Shown: positions 1 through 10,369, counted from the first letter of the stretch. The stretch: DNA of 64,000 nucleotides from an uncultured Clostridia bacterium (GCA_947627065.1 CANQUN010000003.1:378-64377); one strand, 5' to 3'. The notes: generated by a model from the sequence alone, not told the origin. A program made the numbers and translations.

Positions 1-1526
<1,526 letters not shown>

Positions 1527-1560
1527 TTATTTTAAGGCCGCATCTTCCCGACCGCAAACA

Positions 1561-1589
1561 ATTATACAACAAATATTTTATTAAGTCAA
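1561..1589 (-). promoter_or_regulatory. sigma-A-type promoter for PFOR (TTGACT-17-TATAAT on minus strand)
   Basis: + strand shows attata (1561-1566) and agtcaa (1584-1589), i.e. TTGACT, a 17-nt spacer and TATAAT when read on the minus strand, about 65 nt upstream of the ATG. Confidence 0.5.
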
Positions 1590-1838
1590 CACTACGCGCG
1601 CACATACAAACTATTTTTCATGGAATAATTATCTTTTTACCCCCATCCGCACTCCCGAAAGGTGCAATTTGCGACTTCCAAACCTGCAATCCGCAACCCC
1701 AAACCCATAATCCGCAACCAAGCAAGCCGCAACCCGTATTCGCAAACCCTCAACCCACAAAACCCGCATATCCAGCCCCGCCAAATGCGCGGTGCAAAGA
1801 GGGGAAAATGTTAAATTAAGTCCCTCGGGCGCAAAGGT

Positions 1839-1867
1839 TTGCTTTTACGGCGGCGTTGTGCTATAAT
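1839..1867 (+). promoter_or_regulatory. promoter TTGCTT-17-(TGc)TATAAT directly abutting the ecfA1 start (leaderless candidate)
   Basis: TTGCTT 1839-1844, 17-nt spacer, TATAAT 1862-1867 preceded by TGc. The ATG at 1874 is only 6 nt after the -10 and no SD is present. Confidence 0.5.
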
Positions 1868-1873
1868 GTTGGC

Positions 1874-2704
1874 ATGAACGCTATAGAGATAAAGGCGCTT
1901 GGCTTTTCTTACGGAGACGTGCCCGTCCTTCACGGCGTAAACCTCACCGTGGAGCAAGGCGAATCCGTCTGTCTGCTCGGCAGAAACGGCAGCGGCAAAT
2001 CTACCCTCGCAAGGCTGATAAACGGGCTGCTCCTTCCCAAGGAAGGGGAGGTCAGGGTTTTCGGCATGTCGTCTGCGGACAAGGATTCCCTGTTTGAAAT
2101 AAGAAAACGCGCGGGCATGGTCTTTCAGAATCCCGACAACCAGACCGTCGCTTCCATAGTGGAGGACGATCTGGCGTTCGGACCCGAAAACATCGGCGTC
2201 CCGCCCGAGGAGATAGGGGAGAGGATAACCGAAGCCCTCGCCGCCGTCGGCATGGAAGCCTACCGCCGTTCCACCCCAACCCGCCTTTCGGGCGGGCAGA
2301 AACAGCGCATAGCCATCGCGGGCGAACTCGCGCTGCGGCCGGACATTCTCATTCTCGACGAGTCCACATCCATGCTCGACCCGAGGGGGAGAAAGGAGGT
2401 CATGAACGTGATTACCCGCCTGAATCGCGAAAAAAACATGACCGTCATCAACATAACCCACTACATGGACGAGGCCGTCGGCTGCGACAGGGCGGTCGTT
2501 CTTTCGGGCGGCACCGTGGTGGCGGACGGCTCCCCGCAGGAGATATTTTCCATGGGCGCACGGCTTGAAGAATACGGCCTCGGCCTGCCAAAAGCCGCCT
2601 ATATCGCACAAAAACTCACAGAAAACGGCCTTCCCCTGCCCAAGGGGATATTCACGGCCGAGACGCTTGGAGACAAACTATGCGAATCGTTTCAAAAGGA
2701 CTGA
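1874..2704 (+). CDS. ecfA1: ECF transporter ATPase component EcfA1
   Basis: MNAIEIKALGFSYG..., Walker A GRNGSGKST, signature LSGGQKQR, Walker B ILILDE. Followed by a second ATPase and EcfT. Start trimmed from the track's 1856 to the ATG at 1874. Confidence 0.9.
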   Translation: MNAIEIKALGFSYGDVPVLHGVNLTVEQGESVCLLGRNGSGKSTLARLINGLLLPKEGEVRVFGMSSADKDSLFEIRKRAGMVFQNPDNQTVASIVEDDLAFGPENIGVPPEEIGERITEALAAVGMEAYRRSTPTRLSGGQKQRIAIAGELALRPDILILDESTSMLDPRGRKEVMNVITRLNREKNMTVINITHYMDEAVGCDRAVVLSGGTVVADGSPQEIFSMGARLEEYGLGLPKAAYIAQKLTENGLPLPKGIFTAETLGDKLCESFQKD

Positions 2705-3681
2705 CATACGTTTACGACAAGGGTTCGGAATTTGCTTCCAAGGCGCTTGACGGCGTAAACCTCACCGTCGAATCGGGCGAATTTTTCGGCATAATCGGCT
2801 GCACGGGCAGCGGCAAATCCACCTTCATCCAGCACATCAACGGGCTTGTCCCCGTGCAGGAAGGGTCGCTTACCGTCGGCGATACCGACCTCAAACGTTA
2901 CACCCGCAAGGAATACCGCAAACTCTCCCGCACGCCCGATGGTCGGGAAATCTGCCGCCCGGACGGAAAGAAGCGGAGTTTCCGCGCCTACAAAAAGGCC
3001 AAAGCCGCCGAGATGAAGGCGCTGCGCGCCGCCGTCGGCATGGTCTTTCAGTATCCCGAATACCAACTTTTCGGGGACACCGTGTACGCCGACGTGGCCT
3101 TTGCCCTCGACAACTTCTTTCCTTCCATGACCGCGGAGGAAAAGCAGGCCGCAGTCGCCGCCGCGCTCGGTTTCGTCGGGCTCGATTACGATGAAATAAA
3201 GGACAAATCGCCCTTCGACCTGTCGGGCGGGCAAAAGCGGCGCGTGGCCATCGCGGGCGTAATCGTTGCAAAGCCTAAGATTCTCGTCCTCGACGAACCC
3301 GTCGCGGGTCTCGATCCGCAGGGTAAAAAAGAACTGATGGCCCTCCTTCACAAACTCCACGGTCCCGTGGCGGAAACGGTCATAATCGTCTCGCACGACA
3401 TGGACGACGTGGCCGAAAACTGCACCCGCGTAGCCGTGTTCGACGGGGGTAAGGTCGTCGCCGTTCTCACTCCGTCAGAACTCTTTGCAAGGGAGGATAT
3501 CCTCGCCTCGGCGGGGCTGGATCTGCCCGTCACGGCCTATCTCAAAAACAGGCTCGGGGCGGCGGGCATAGACGTTGAGACAAACTACAGGACGGACGAT
3601 TTCATCCGCGCCGTCTCCCAAAAATATAACGATTACCCGCCTGAATCGCACAAAAACGGGCAAACGGAGGGAATATGCTGA
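2680..3681 (+). CDS. ecfA2: ECF transporter ATPase component EcfA2 (carries a basic ~35-aa insertion)
   Basis: Walker A GCTGSGKST, LSGGQKRR, ILVLDEP. GGAGA sits 8 nt before the ATG. Overlaps the ecfA1 end, as is typical of the ecfA1-ecfA2-ecfT module. Confidence 0.9.
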   Translation: MRIVSKGLTYVYDKGSEFASKALDGVNLTVESGEFFGIIGCTGSGKSTFIQHINGLVPVQEGSLTVGDTDLKRYTRKEYRKLSRTPDGREICRPDGKKRSFRAYKKAKAAEMKALRAAVGMVFQYPEYQLFGDTVYADVAFALDNFFPSMTAEEKQAAVAAALGFVGLDYDEIKDKSPFDLSGGQKRRVAIAGVIVAKPKILVLDEPVAGLDPQGKKELMALLHKLHGPVAETVIIVSHDMDDVAENCTRVAVFDGGKVVAVLTPSELFAREDILASAGLDLPVTAYLKNRLGAAGIDVETNYRTDDFIRAVSQKYNDYPPESHKNGQTEGIC

Positions 3682-4508
3682 AAGACGTAACCTTTGGCAG
3701 TTACTACCCCGCGCGCTCGTTCGTGCACTCCATGGACCCGCGTTTCAAGATACTTGCCGTCATCGCCTACATCGTGTTCATATTTCTGGCAAAGACCTTT
3801 TACGCCTTCCTTCCGCTCCTCGCGTTTCTGGCGGTTGCCGTCGCCGCGTCGCGCGTGCCGCTCAAATCCGTGCTTCGCAGCATCAAGGGCATAATCTTCC
3901 TGCTCGTGTTCATGGCCGTCGTGCACGTGTTTCTCGGCGGAAACGGCGACGTTGTGGAAATTTCGGGCGTAAAACTGCAATTCTGGATATTTTCCATAAC
4001 CTATTCGGGTCTCATCGGCGCGCTGTTTTTAATGTGCAGGCTCACCATGCTCGTCATGGGCACCTGCATTCTCACGCTTACCACCGCGCCCATGGAACTT
4101 ACCGAGGGGATAGAACGCCTGCTCGCCCCGCTCAAATACGTTAAATTCCCCGTGCACGAACTCGCCCTAATCATGAGCATCGCCCTGCGCTTCATCCCCA
4201 CGCTCATGGAGGAGACGGACAGAATCGTCAACGCGCAGAAATCCCGCGGGGCGGACTTTGAAAGCGGCAACCTCGTAAAGCGCGTCAAGGCCATGGTGCC
4301 CGTGCTCATCCCGCTGCTCGTCGGCGCGTTCAGACGTGCGGAAGAACTCGGCGACGCCATGGACAGCCGCTGCTACTCGGGCGCCAAGGGCAGAACCAAG
4401 TACAAAAAACTCCGCTTGACCTATCGGGACGCGGTCGGCTTCATTGTCATCTCGGCAGTCGGCGCGGCGGTAATCGTCATGTACTGCATGCTCCCCGCAC
4501 TGCTGTAA
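3675..4508 (+). CDS. ecfT: ECF transporter transmembrane component EcfT
   Basis: Polytopic membrane protein with the conserved ARG/ALRFIP...ARGA-type coupling helices (IALRFIPTLMEETDRIVNAQKSRGADFE). GGAGGG RBS; overlaps the ecfA2 stop. Confidence 0.9.
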   Translation: MLKDVTFGSYYPARSFVHSMDPRFKILAVIAYIVFIFLAKTFYAFLPLLAFLAVAVAASRVPLKSVLRSIKGIIFLLVFMAVVHVFLGGNGDVVEISGVKLQFWIFSITYSGLIGALFLMCRLTMLVMGTCILTLTTAPMELTEGIERLLAPLKYVKFPVHELALIMSIALRFIPTLMEETDRIVNAQKSRGADFESGNLVKRVKAMVPVLIPLLVGAFRRAEELGDAMDSRCYSGAKGRTKYKKLRLTYRDAVGFIVISAVGAAVIVMYCMLPALL

Positions 4509-4673
4509 ACCCCCTAAAACGCACATTATCGGGCAAAAATGCCCGTTCCGCCTCGCCGCGTTTCCCTCAAAAAATCACCGCAGAAAATCCCCAAACATCT
4601 GCAATCGCCGCCCCGACGATTCGCGACCGTCGGGCGCCGTTCCCGCAGTTATAAACCCAAACCAAAAAAAGAC

Positions 4674-5411
4674 ATGAAGATAAAGATAACCGTTTCATAC
4701 GACGGAACCGACTATTGCGGCTGGCAAATCCAGCCGAACGGCGTGTCCGTCCAGCAAAAACTGCAAGAGGCCGTCCTTGCCCTCACGGGCGAAAACGTGT
4801 GCGTTACGGGCAGCGGAAGGACGGACGCGGGCGTTCACGCTCTCGGGCAGGTGGCAAGTTTTCCCACGGCTTCGTCCGTCCCGCCCGAACGCTTCGCTCC
4901 AGCCCTCAACACCCTGCTCCCGCGGGACGTAAGGGTGCTGTCGTCCGAGGCCGCGCCCGAGGACTTCAACGCCCGTTTTTGTGCGAAAAAGAAGACTTAT
5001 CTCTACAGAATGTACTCCTCGGCAACCGTCCTGCCTCTGCTCGACAGGTACGCCGCGCAGGTAGAACGGCCGCTCGACGTCGCCGTCATGGACGCCGCCG
5101 CCCGAATGTTCGAGGGCACGCACGACTTCGCCGCCTTCATGGCGACGGGTTCCGCCGTGGAAACTACCGTCCGCACCGTTTATTCCGCCCGCTGCACGGG
5201 CGGGGAAGAGGGGACGGTCTGCTTCAGGATAACGGGCAACGGCTTTCTCTACAACATGGTCCGCATAATGGCGGGCACCCTCGTCGGCGTGGCCGAAGGC
5301 AAAATTTCGTCTGCCGACGTCGCGCGTGCGCTCAGCGGCGGCCCCCGCACCCTTGCGGGCAAAACCATGCCGCCCCGCGGCCTCACGCTCCTCTCCGTCG
5401 ATTACGACTGA
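4674..5411 (+). CDS. truA: tRNA pseudouridine(38-40) synthase TruA
   Basis: MKIKITVSYDGTDYCGWQIQPNG...GSGRTDAGVHALGQV (catalytic Asp motif). Start moved to ATG 4674; the track's 45-aa N-terminal extension is proline/arginine-rich junk. Confidence 0.9.
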   Translation: MKIKITVSYDGTDYCGWQIQPNGVSVQQKLQEAVLALTGENVCVTGSGRTDAGVHALGQVASFPTASSVPPERFAPALNTLLPRDVRVLSSEAAPEDFNARFCAKKKTYLYRMYSSATVLPLLDRYAAQVERPLDVAVMDAAARMFEGTHDFAAFMATGSAVETTVRTVYSARCTGGEEGTVCFRITGNGFLYNMVRIMAGTLVGVAEGKISSADVARALSGGPRTLAGKTMPPRGLTLLSVDYD

Positions 5412-5683
5412 CCGCAACCTCATTCGCTTTGTAGATTACGTCGGAACCCTTGCCCGCACATCACCGCACCGTTCACCGCGCAAACGTCAACCACTCAACT
5501 CCACCACTTGCACAACGCCGCTGTACCACCCGCACCGTCCGCCAACCCCGCAACCCAACGCGCGGCCGTCGCTCTGTTCATTACGCCGCCCGCACCAAAG
5601 CCAACGCCGCACGCCAAAATCCCCCCAAACATCGGCAAAAAATTACCGTTTTCGGTTTTTTTTCGCAAACCTTCAAAAAACGC

Positions 5684-5712
5684 TTGACATTATATAATTA
5701 TTTTAATAAAAT
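5684..5712 (+). promoter_or_regulatory. promoter TTGACA-17-TAAAAT for rplM-rpsI, followed by a ~95-nt leader
   Basis: TTGACA 5684-5689 and TAAAAT 5707-5712. The leader 5720-5811 contains hairpin potential (ccgaggaaataattttttcgg / gccccttcggagagac). It could be an L13-type autoregulatory leader, but this is not verified. Confidence 0.45.
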
Positions 5713-5811
5713 ATTACAGTATGATTGTGTACCGAGGAAATAATTTTTTCGGACTTAGCCCCTTCGGAGAGACGTTTTCCTTGAATATAAAATAAGACAA
5801 GGAGTAACAGT

Positions 5812-6252
5812 ATGAAAACTTATATGGCCAAAGCGCAGGACGTTGAAAGAGCCTGGTACGTCGTAGACGCAACGGGCATGCCTCTCGGCCGTCTTGCTTC
5901 CCGCGTGGCGGCAATCCTTCGCGGTAAAAACAAGCCCATATTCACGCCTCACGTCGACACTGGCGATCACGTAATCGTAATAAATACCGACAAGGTCGTG
6001 CTTACGGGCAAAAAGCTGGATAAAAAGTTCTACACCTACCACAGCGGTTACATCGGCGGTCTCAAACAGATTCCTTACAGAACCATGTTGGAAACCAAGT
6101 CCGACCTCGCCGTGTACGAAGCGGTCAAGGGCATGCTCCCCAAAAACAGCCTCGGCAGGCAGATGCTCAAAAAACTCAGGGTCTACAAGGGCGCAGAACA
6201 CAAGCATGAAGCGCAGCATCCCATCGTTCTCAATTTAGGAGGTAATGAGTAA
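5812..6252 (+). CDS. rplM: 50S ribosomal protein L13
   Basis: [58 protein letters not shown] is the canonical L13 sequence. AAGGAG RBS. Confidence 0.97.
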   Translation: MKTYMAKAQDVERAWYVVDATGMPLGRLASRVAAILRGKNKPIFTPHVDTGDHVIVINTDKVVLTGKKLDKKFYTYHSGYIGGLKQIPYRTMLETKSDLAVYEAVKGMLPKNSLGRQMLKKLRVYKGAEHKHEAQHPIVLNLGGNE

Positions 6253-6665
6253 TGGCTAAAATCGCATCCAAAAAGAAGGTTCAATATTGGGGTACCGGCA
6301 GAAGGAAAAAGGCCGTAGCGAGGGTCAGGCTCATTCCCGGCGGAACAGGTTCGATAATCATCAACGGCAGAGATATTGACGAATATTGCGATCTCGAAAC
6401 CATGAAGTTCGTCATCCGCCAGCCGTTGGTTCTCACCGCAACCGACAGCAAGTACGACGTTTTTGTCAACGTCAACGGCGGCGGCTTCACGGGTCAGGCA
6501 GGCGCAATCCGCCACGGCATAGCCAGGGCGCTCATCGTTGCCGAACCCGAACTCCGTCCCGCAGTCAAAAAAGAGGGTTTCCTCACCCGCGACCCGAGAA
6601 TGAAGGAAAGGAAGAAATACGGTCTCAAAAAAGCCCGTCGCGCTCCTCAGTTCTCCAAGAGATAA
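6252..6665 (+). CDS. rpsI: 30S ribosomal protein S9
   Basis: The ...[19 protein letters not shown]...[25 protein letters not shown]-terminus is diagnostic for S9. Confidence 0.97.
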   Translation: MAKIASKKKVQYWGTGRRKKAVARVRLIPGGTGSIIINGRDIDEYCDLETMKFVIRQPLVLTATDSKYDVFVNVNGGGFTGQAGAIRHGIARALIVAEPELRPAVKKEGFLTRDPRMKERKKYGLKKARRAPQFSKR

Positions 6666-6692
6666 TTTCAATTTCAAATCTCAACCAAATCC

Positions 6693-6721
6693 AAAAGCCG
6701 CGGCCTTTCGCCGCGGCTTTT
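6693..6721 (+). terminator. intrinsic terminator after rpsI
   Basis: AAAA GCCGCGGC ctttc GCCGCGGC TTTT: an 8-bp GC stem, 5-nt loop and T-run. Confidence 0.8.
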
Positions 6722-6786
6722 ACTATATACAAAAACGGCGGGCAGTCAGCCCGCTCACCGACAGTCCGCAACATCTTTATATAATC

Positions 6787-6835
6787 CTTGGCGCCTCCAT
6801 GGGAGGAGCCGGCGCGTAAGCGCCTGAGGTGGGCA
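6787..6835 (+). repeat. two-hairpin element, solitary copy (variant with GTAA loop)
   Basis: CTTGGCGCCTCC-atg-GGAGGAGCC GGCGC-gtaa-GCGCC TGAGGTGGGCA. Same architecture as the copies at 36970, 37115, 37228, 37387, 39660, 39770, 54559 and 54653. Confidence 0.8.
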
Positions 6836-6937
6836 TTACAACACATAACAAAGCGGTTTGGCGAAAGCCAAACCGCTTTTCTGTATATACAAAAAAACGG
6901 CGGGCAAATTTATCCGCCGTTTTAGTAAAAACCGACG

Positions 6938-7092
6938 TTTTGTGAGATTCAGGCCACTTCTTAATTTTGCGGCCGCAATGCAATCCGTGCCGAAATATGC
7001 CGATAATGCGCGATTCAGGGCACTTCTTATTTTGTGGCAACAATACATCCAATGCCGAAATGTGCCGTTTTTGTGCGTTTTAGGCCGCTTTT
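6938..7092 (+). repeat. three tandem copies of the ~25-nt word (TTTTGTGAGATTCAGGCCACTTC / ATAATGCGCGATTCAGGGCACTTC / TTTTTGTGCGTTTTAGGCCGCTTTT)
   Basis: Read directly at 6938-6960, 7003-7026 and 7068-7092. Members of a family with about 30 copies in the window. Confidence 0.75.
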
Positions 7093-7173
7093 ACGCATAG
7101 CCTCAATAAATTACGCACCGTAGCCAAACAATATGCCCGCAAGTTAAACCAAAAATTGCACGGGCAAAACGGA

Positions 7174-7854
7174 TTACAGTACGGAGAGGAGTTTCAGTGT
7201 AACGTCCCTTACCGAAAGGGCGGCGGCGTTGACAGCGGACATGAAGTCCGAGGCTCCGCCTTCTGCGTCCGAAACGGCCTTTATCATGACGAGCGGTACG
7301 CCCGACACGAGGCAGGTGAGGGCGACGCCCGCGGCTTCCATCTCGCACACTTCCGCGCCGAACCTTGCGGCGAGCGCGGCTTTTTCGTCGTTGTCGTCCA
7401 CAAACTTGTTACCCGAGGCGCACACGACCTCTTCGAGAGAGGGGACGGCCTGTTTCGCAAGGGCAAGCAGGCTCCTGTCGAGCGGAATGCGCACGTCGGG
7501 TAAAAATTCGTACCTGCCCGCGGGTATGCCGTCGATGGCGGAGGTGTCAATTTCATAATGCACCACGTCGGAAACGATAACCGCCTTTTCAAGTCCGTGC
7601 TTTTGGCTCAGACTTCCGCACACGCCAAAGTTGACGACAGCGTCCACGCCGAAGGCGGAAATCAGGTGCTGCGTCGCGCCCGCGGCGAGAATTTCGCCCA
7701 CGCCGCTTTCAACAATATAAATCTGCTTGCCGCCGAACTCGGCCGACAGGATGTCCCTGCTGCCCAGCCTTCCCGCAGTCTGCGTCTTGCCCAAAACGGC
7801 GAGCAGAGGGGAAAGTTCCTTTGTCATGGCGACCACAATTCCAATCTTTTTCAT
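7174..7854 (-). CDS. mtnN: 5'-methylthioadenosine/S-adenosylhomocysteine nucleosidase family protein
   Basis: MKKIGIVVAMTKE..., EMEAAGVA and VSDAEG motifs match the MtnN/Pfs PNP_UDP_1 fold. The start lies 1 nt after the upstream gene's stop (operon). Confidence 0.8.
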   Translation of the reverse strand: MKKIGIVVAMTKELSPLLAVLGKTQTAGRLGSRDILSAEFGGKQIYIVESGVGEILAAGATQHLISAFGVDAVVNFGVCGSLSQKHGLEKAVIVSDVVHYEIDTSAIDGIPAGRYEFLPDVRIPLDRSLLALAKQAVPSLEEVVCASGNKFVDDNDEKAALAARFGAEVCEMEAAGVALTCLVSGVPLVMIKAVSDAEGGASDFMSAVNAAALSVRDVTLKLLSVL

Positions 7855-7855
7855 G

Positions 7856-8776
7856 TCAGTCCACTATGGGTTTGCCCATGGAAAGGGCGAGCACGGCTTT
7901 AATCACGTGCAGGTAATTTTCGGAAAGGTCGAGCACGGCCGAAGCGCCGCCGTCGGCCACATCCTCGTCGGCGTCGGTCTCCCTGTCAACGGGCGCAGGC
8001 TGCAGATAAACCGCGTTTTGGGCGGCTTTTGCCATTATCATGTCGGTAACTTTGTAGTCCTCGCCCATCTGGTCGCCGCCTGCAACGTACACCGCGTCCA
8101 CGCCCGCAACGCCTTCACGAATATCCCTGAAAACGTTTATCGGGGCATAGATTTCGGAAGAAGCCACCAACTCCTCGGCGGGTGCGTAATCTTTGAGGGA
8201 AACGGCGTTGACGCGCACGCCGCACTTCATGCACCCCTGCACCATAAAACTGTGCGCCCGCATGTTGCCGATGACGGCAACGTTCAGATCCTTCAGCCTG
8301 CCGAACCGCTCCCACAGAGTCATGAGCGCGGCGAGGGCAACGCACGGCCCCGTTGTCCCGTGGGAGTTGAGCACGGGCAGGTCGGTGTGTTCTTTCAAAA
8401 GTTCCGCGTCCCGCCAGTCGGCGGTGTTCACGGCTATTCCGTTGACGCCGTAACGCTTGATCACGGGCAGAAAGTCCCTGTCCTCAACCAGCGTTTCGAG
8501 TTGCGTGCCGCCGAGGGGCAGGATGATGGGCGTGCCGCCAAGTTGCCTCACGGCTATTTCAAAGGCGATTCTCATGCCCGAATATGCGGCCTTGGAAACG
8601 AGAAGAACCTGCTTGCCCGCAAGCGAAAACTGCTTTTCTCCCACGGCGTTCTTGCGCTTGAGAATGCGCGCGGCGTACAGAATTTCACATATCTCCTCGG
8701 GCGAAACCGACTTGAGATCGACGAGACTTCTTCCCTTAAATCCGCCGTATTTGGGGCGGTAACCGTTTATGTCCAT
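7856..8776 (-). CDS. aspartate/ornithine carbamoyltransferase-fold protein lacking the canonical carbamoyl-phosphate motifs
   Basis: LAGKQVLLVSKAAYSGMRIAFEIAVRQLGGTPIIL...VAVIGNMRAHSF... aligns by eye to the ATCase/OTCase scaffold. Start set to ATG 8776 (MDINGYR...), with GGAGG 5 nt upstream and TATAAT at 8793-8798 (minus). Confidence 0.65.
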   Translation of the reverse strand: MDINGYRPKYGGFKGRSLVDLKSVSPEEICEILYAARILKRKNAVGEKQFSLAGKQVLLVSKAAYSGMRIAFEIAVRQLGGTPIILPLGGTQLETLVEDRDFLPVIKRYGVNGIAVNTADWRDAELLKEHTDLPVLNSHGTTGPCVALAALMTLWERFGRLKDLNVAVIGNMRAHSFMVQGCMKCGVRVNAVSLKDYAPAEELVASSEIYAPINVFRDIREGVAGVDAVYVAGGDQMGEDYKVTDMIMAKAAQNAVYLQPAPVDRETDADEDVADGGASAVLDLSENYLHVIKAVLALSMGKPIVD

Positions 8777-9335
8777 AAAATCCTCCACGAACATTATACC
8801 AAAAATAAGCCGTTCAATCAAGCGTTGAACGGATAAAAATAAAACCGCGTGCCGCCAAGTTGAAATGCGGCCGCTTGCGGCTTGCGTTTTTATATAACGC
8901 CGTCGGTCTGTTGCCTTTTTATGTCGGCGGAAGTTTGCGGCCGTCTTTTACGGTGGCACGCGCGTCGGTTGTCAAACAGAATAAAGAAAAAGTCCAACAC
9001 GCACCCGCTGTCCTTATATAAATAAGGCCATAAATAAAATTGCCGTTCCGCAGGTCTGAACCAAGTCGACGGCAAGTTGAAATCGATCGCGCCGTCCGCC
9101 GGGAACGAAGCGCAAGCCAAACAGTGGACAGCAATACTCCCCACGTTCAACCGCTCCCGCTCGCGGAAAACGGGCGGCCGCCGCAAACCGAAAACCCTCT
9201 TTTTTGTGTGAAATAGGCCACTAATTTCCAAAAACCACCAAAAAATCCGCCCGCAACGGCAAAAAATTGAAATCAAAAGGGCTTTCTCGGCATGTAAAAA
9301 CCGAAAAAGCCCCGTTTTTTGTGTGAAAAAGGCCA

Positions 9336-10037
9336 CTAATCGATGAAGAAGGCGTCCTCTTTTATGGCGGCGCGCAGTTTTTCCACGGCCTTCTTTTCAA
9401 TTCTCGAAATGTACGAGCGGGAGATTTTCATGAGTTTCGCCACTTCCCGCTGGGGCAGAACGGGGTTGCCCTCAAGCCCGTAACGCAGGGTTATAATGCG
9501 GTACTCCCGATCGCTGAGCACGCGCTTGACGGCGGCGAGGAATCTGCCGCGCTGGATGTTTCTGTCCACCTGTTTGAACACGCTGTCCTCGCCAACCGAT
9601 ATGAGATCCATAAAGGTCAACTCGTTGCCGTCCTTGTCTGTGCCGAAGGTGTCGGAAAGCGAAACGACGTTCCTGTGCTTCCTGTTGGAGCGCAGCAACA
9701 TGAGAATCTCGTTTTCAATGCACCGCGCGGTGTAGGTCGCAAGTTGGGTTCCCTTGGAAGGCTGGTAAGTGTTGATCGCCTTGATGAGGCCTATGCTTCC
9801 CACCGAAATCAGATCGTCGGTGTTTTCCGCCCCTTGATATTTTTTGACTATGTGCGCCACCAGCCGCAGGTTGTGGCTTATGAGCAGAGAACGCGCCTCT
9901 TCGTCGCCCTCCCACATGCGGCGGAGATACTCGGCCTCCTTCTCGGGCGAAAGCGGCTTGGGAAAGGACGAGCCGCCGTTCACCGCCGAAGCGAAAAATA
10001 CGATTTTGCCTATGAGATACAGTATTCTTTCAAACAA
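9336..10037 (-). CDS. sigK: sporulation sigma factor K (pro-sigma-K), uninterrupted
   Basis: HNLRLVAHIVKKY, GKGTQLATYTARCIENEILM and ISRSYISRIEKKA are close to B. subtilis SigK rather than SigE. Proposed TTG start at 10037 lies 6 nt after GGAGGTG and gives the pro-sequence MFERILYLIGKIVFFASAVNGGSSFPKPL. An in-frame ATG at 10100 is the alternative. The track's 326-aa form has a G/A/V-rich junk N-terminus. Confidence 0.85.
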   Translation of the reverse strand: MFERILYLIGKIVFFASAVNGGSSFPKPLSPEKEAEYLRRMWEGDEEARSLLISHNLRLVAHIVKKYQGAENTDDLISVGSIGLIKAINTYQPSKGTQLATYTARCIENEILMLLRSNRKHRNVVSLSDTFGTDKDGNELTFMDLISVGEDSVFKQVDRNIQRGRFLAAVKRVLSDREYRIITLRYGLEGNPVLPQREVAKLMKISRSYISRIEKKAVEKLRAAIKEDAFFID

Positions 10038-10332
10038 ATTCTCACCTCCCGCCGGGCTTTCCCCGCGGCATTCACCCGCCTGCGCCGCACGCGCCGTCAT
10101 TCCCGCCGCCGCCCATGTTCGGCCATTGCCCGCACCGCACGTGCCGTCATTCCCGCCGCCCGCGTTCACCGCACCGACCCGCAATGCAAGCCCCAAGACA
10201 ACAATACCGACAACGCCGGACCCGCAGCGCAAACCCAAGACAGCCACCCGACACGCAAGCCCGACCCGAATCCGTAAAATAATCTTTCTGCTCTTAAATA
10301 AATATATTGTCGGCAATGCCGCTTTATTCTTA

Positions 10333-10361
10333 TTGCAAAAAATCGATAAACGTGGTATAAT
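10333..10361 (+). promoter_or_regulatory. promoter TTGCAA-17-TATAAT abutting the SDR start (leaderless or near-leaderless)
   Basis: TTGCAA 10333-10338 and TATAAT 10356-10361. The ATG at 10370 is 8 nt downstream and there is no SD. Confidence 0.5.
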
Positions 10362-10369
10362 TTATTATT

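Noticed and set aside
6858-7100. 80-aa ORF in the rpsI downstream spacer
   Set aside because: It is composed of three tandem copies of the ~25-nt word (giving the repeated RFVRFRPLL / ARFRALL / LCVLGRF peptides). There is no RBS and it lies between a terminator and a convergent gene.
8890-9336. 148-aa minus-strand ORF downstream of sigK, and a thrice-repeated CAAGTTGAAAT-like word (8856, 9073, ~9264)
   Set aside because: The ORF spans two copies of the ~25-nt word and has no RBS or recognisable domain. The 11-mer recurrence (two exact copies and one diverged) is too weak to call on its own.
10038-10316. 93-aa N-terminal extension of sigK in the ORF track, and the possibility of a skin-like interruption
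   Set aside because: The extension is G/A/V/R-rich with no similarity to sigma factors. A TTG with a perfect SD gives a pro-sequence of the expected length. All four sigma regions are contiguous, so there is no intervening element.
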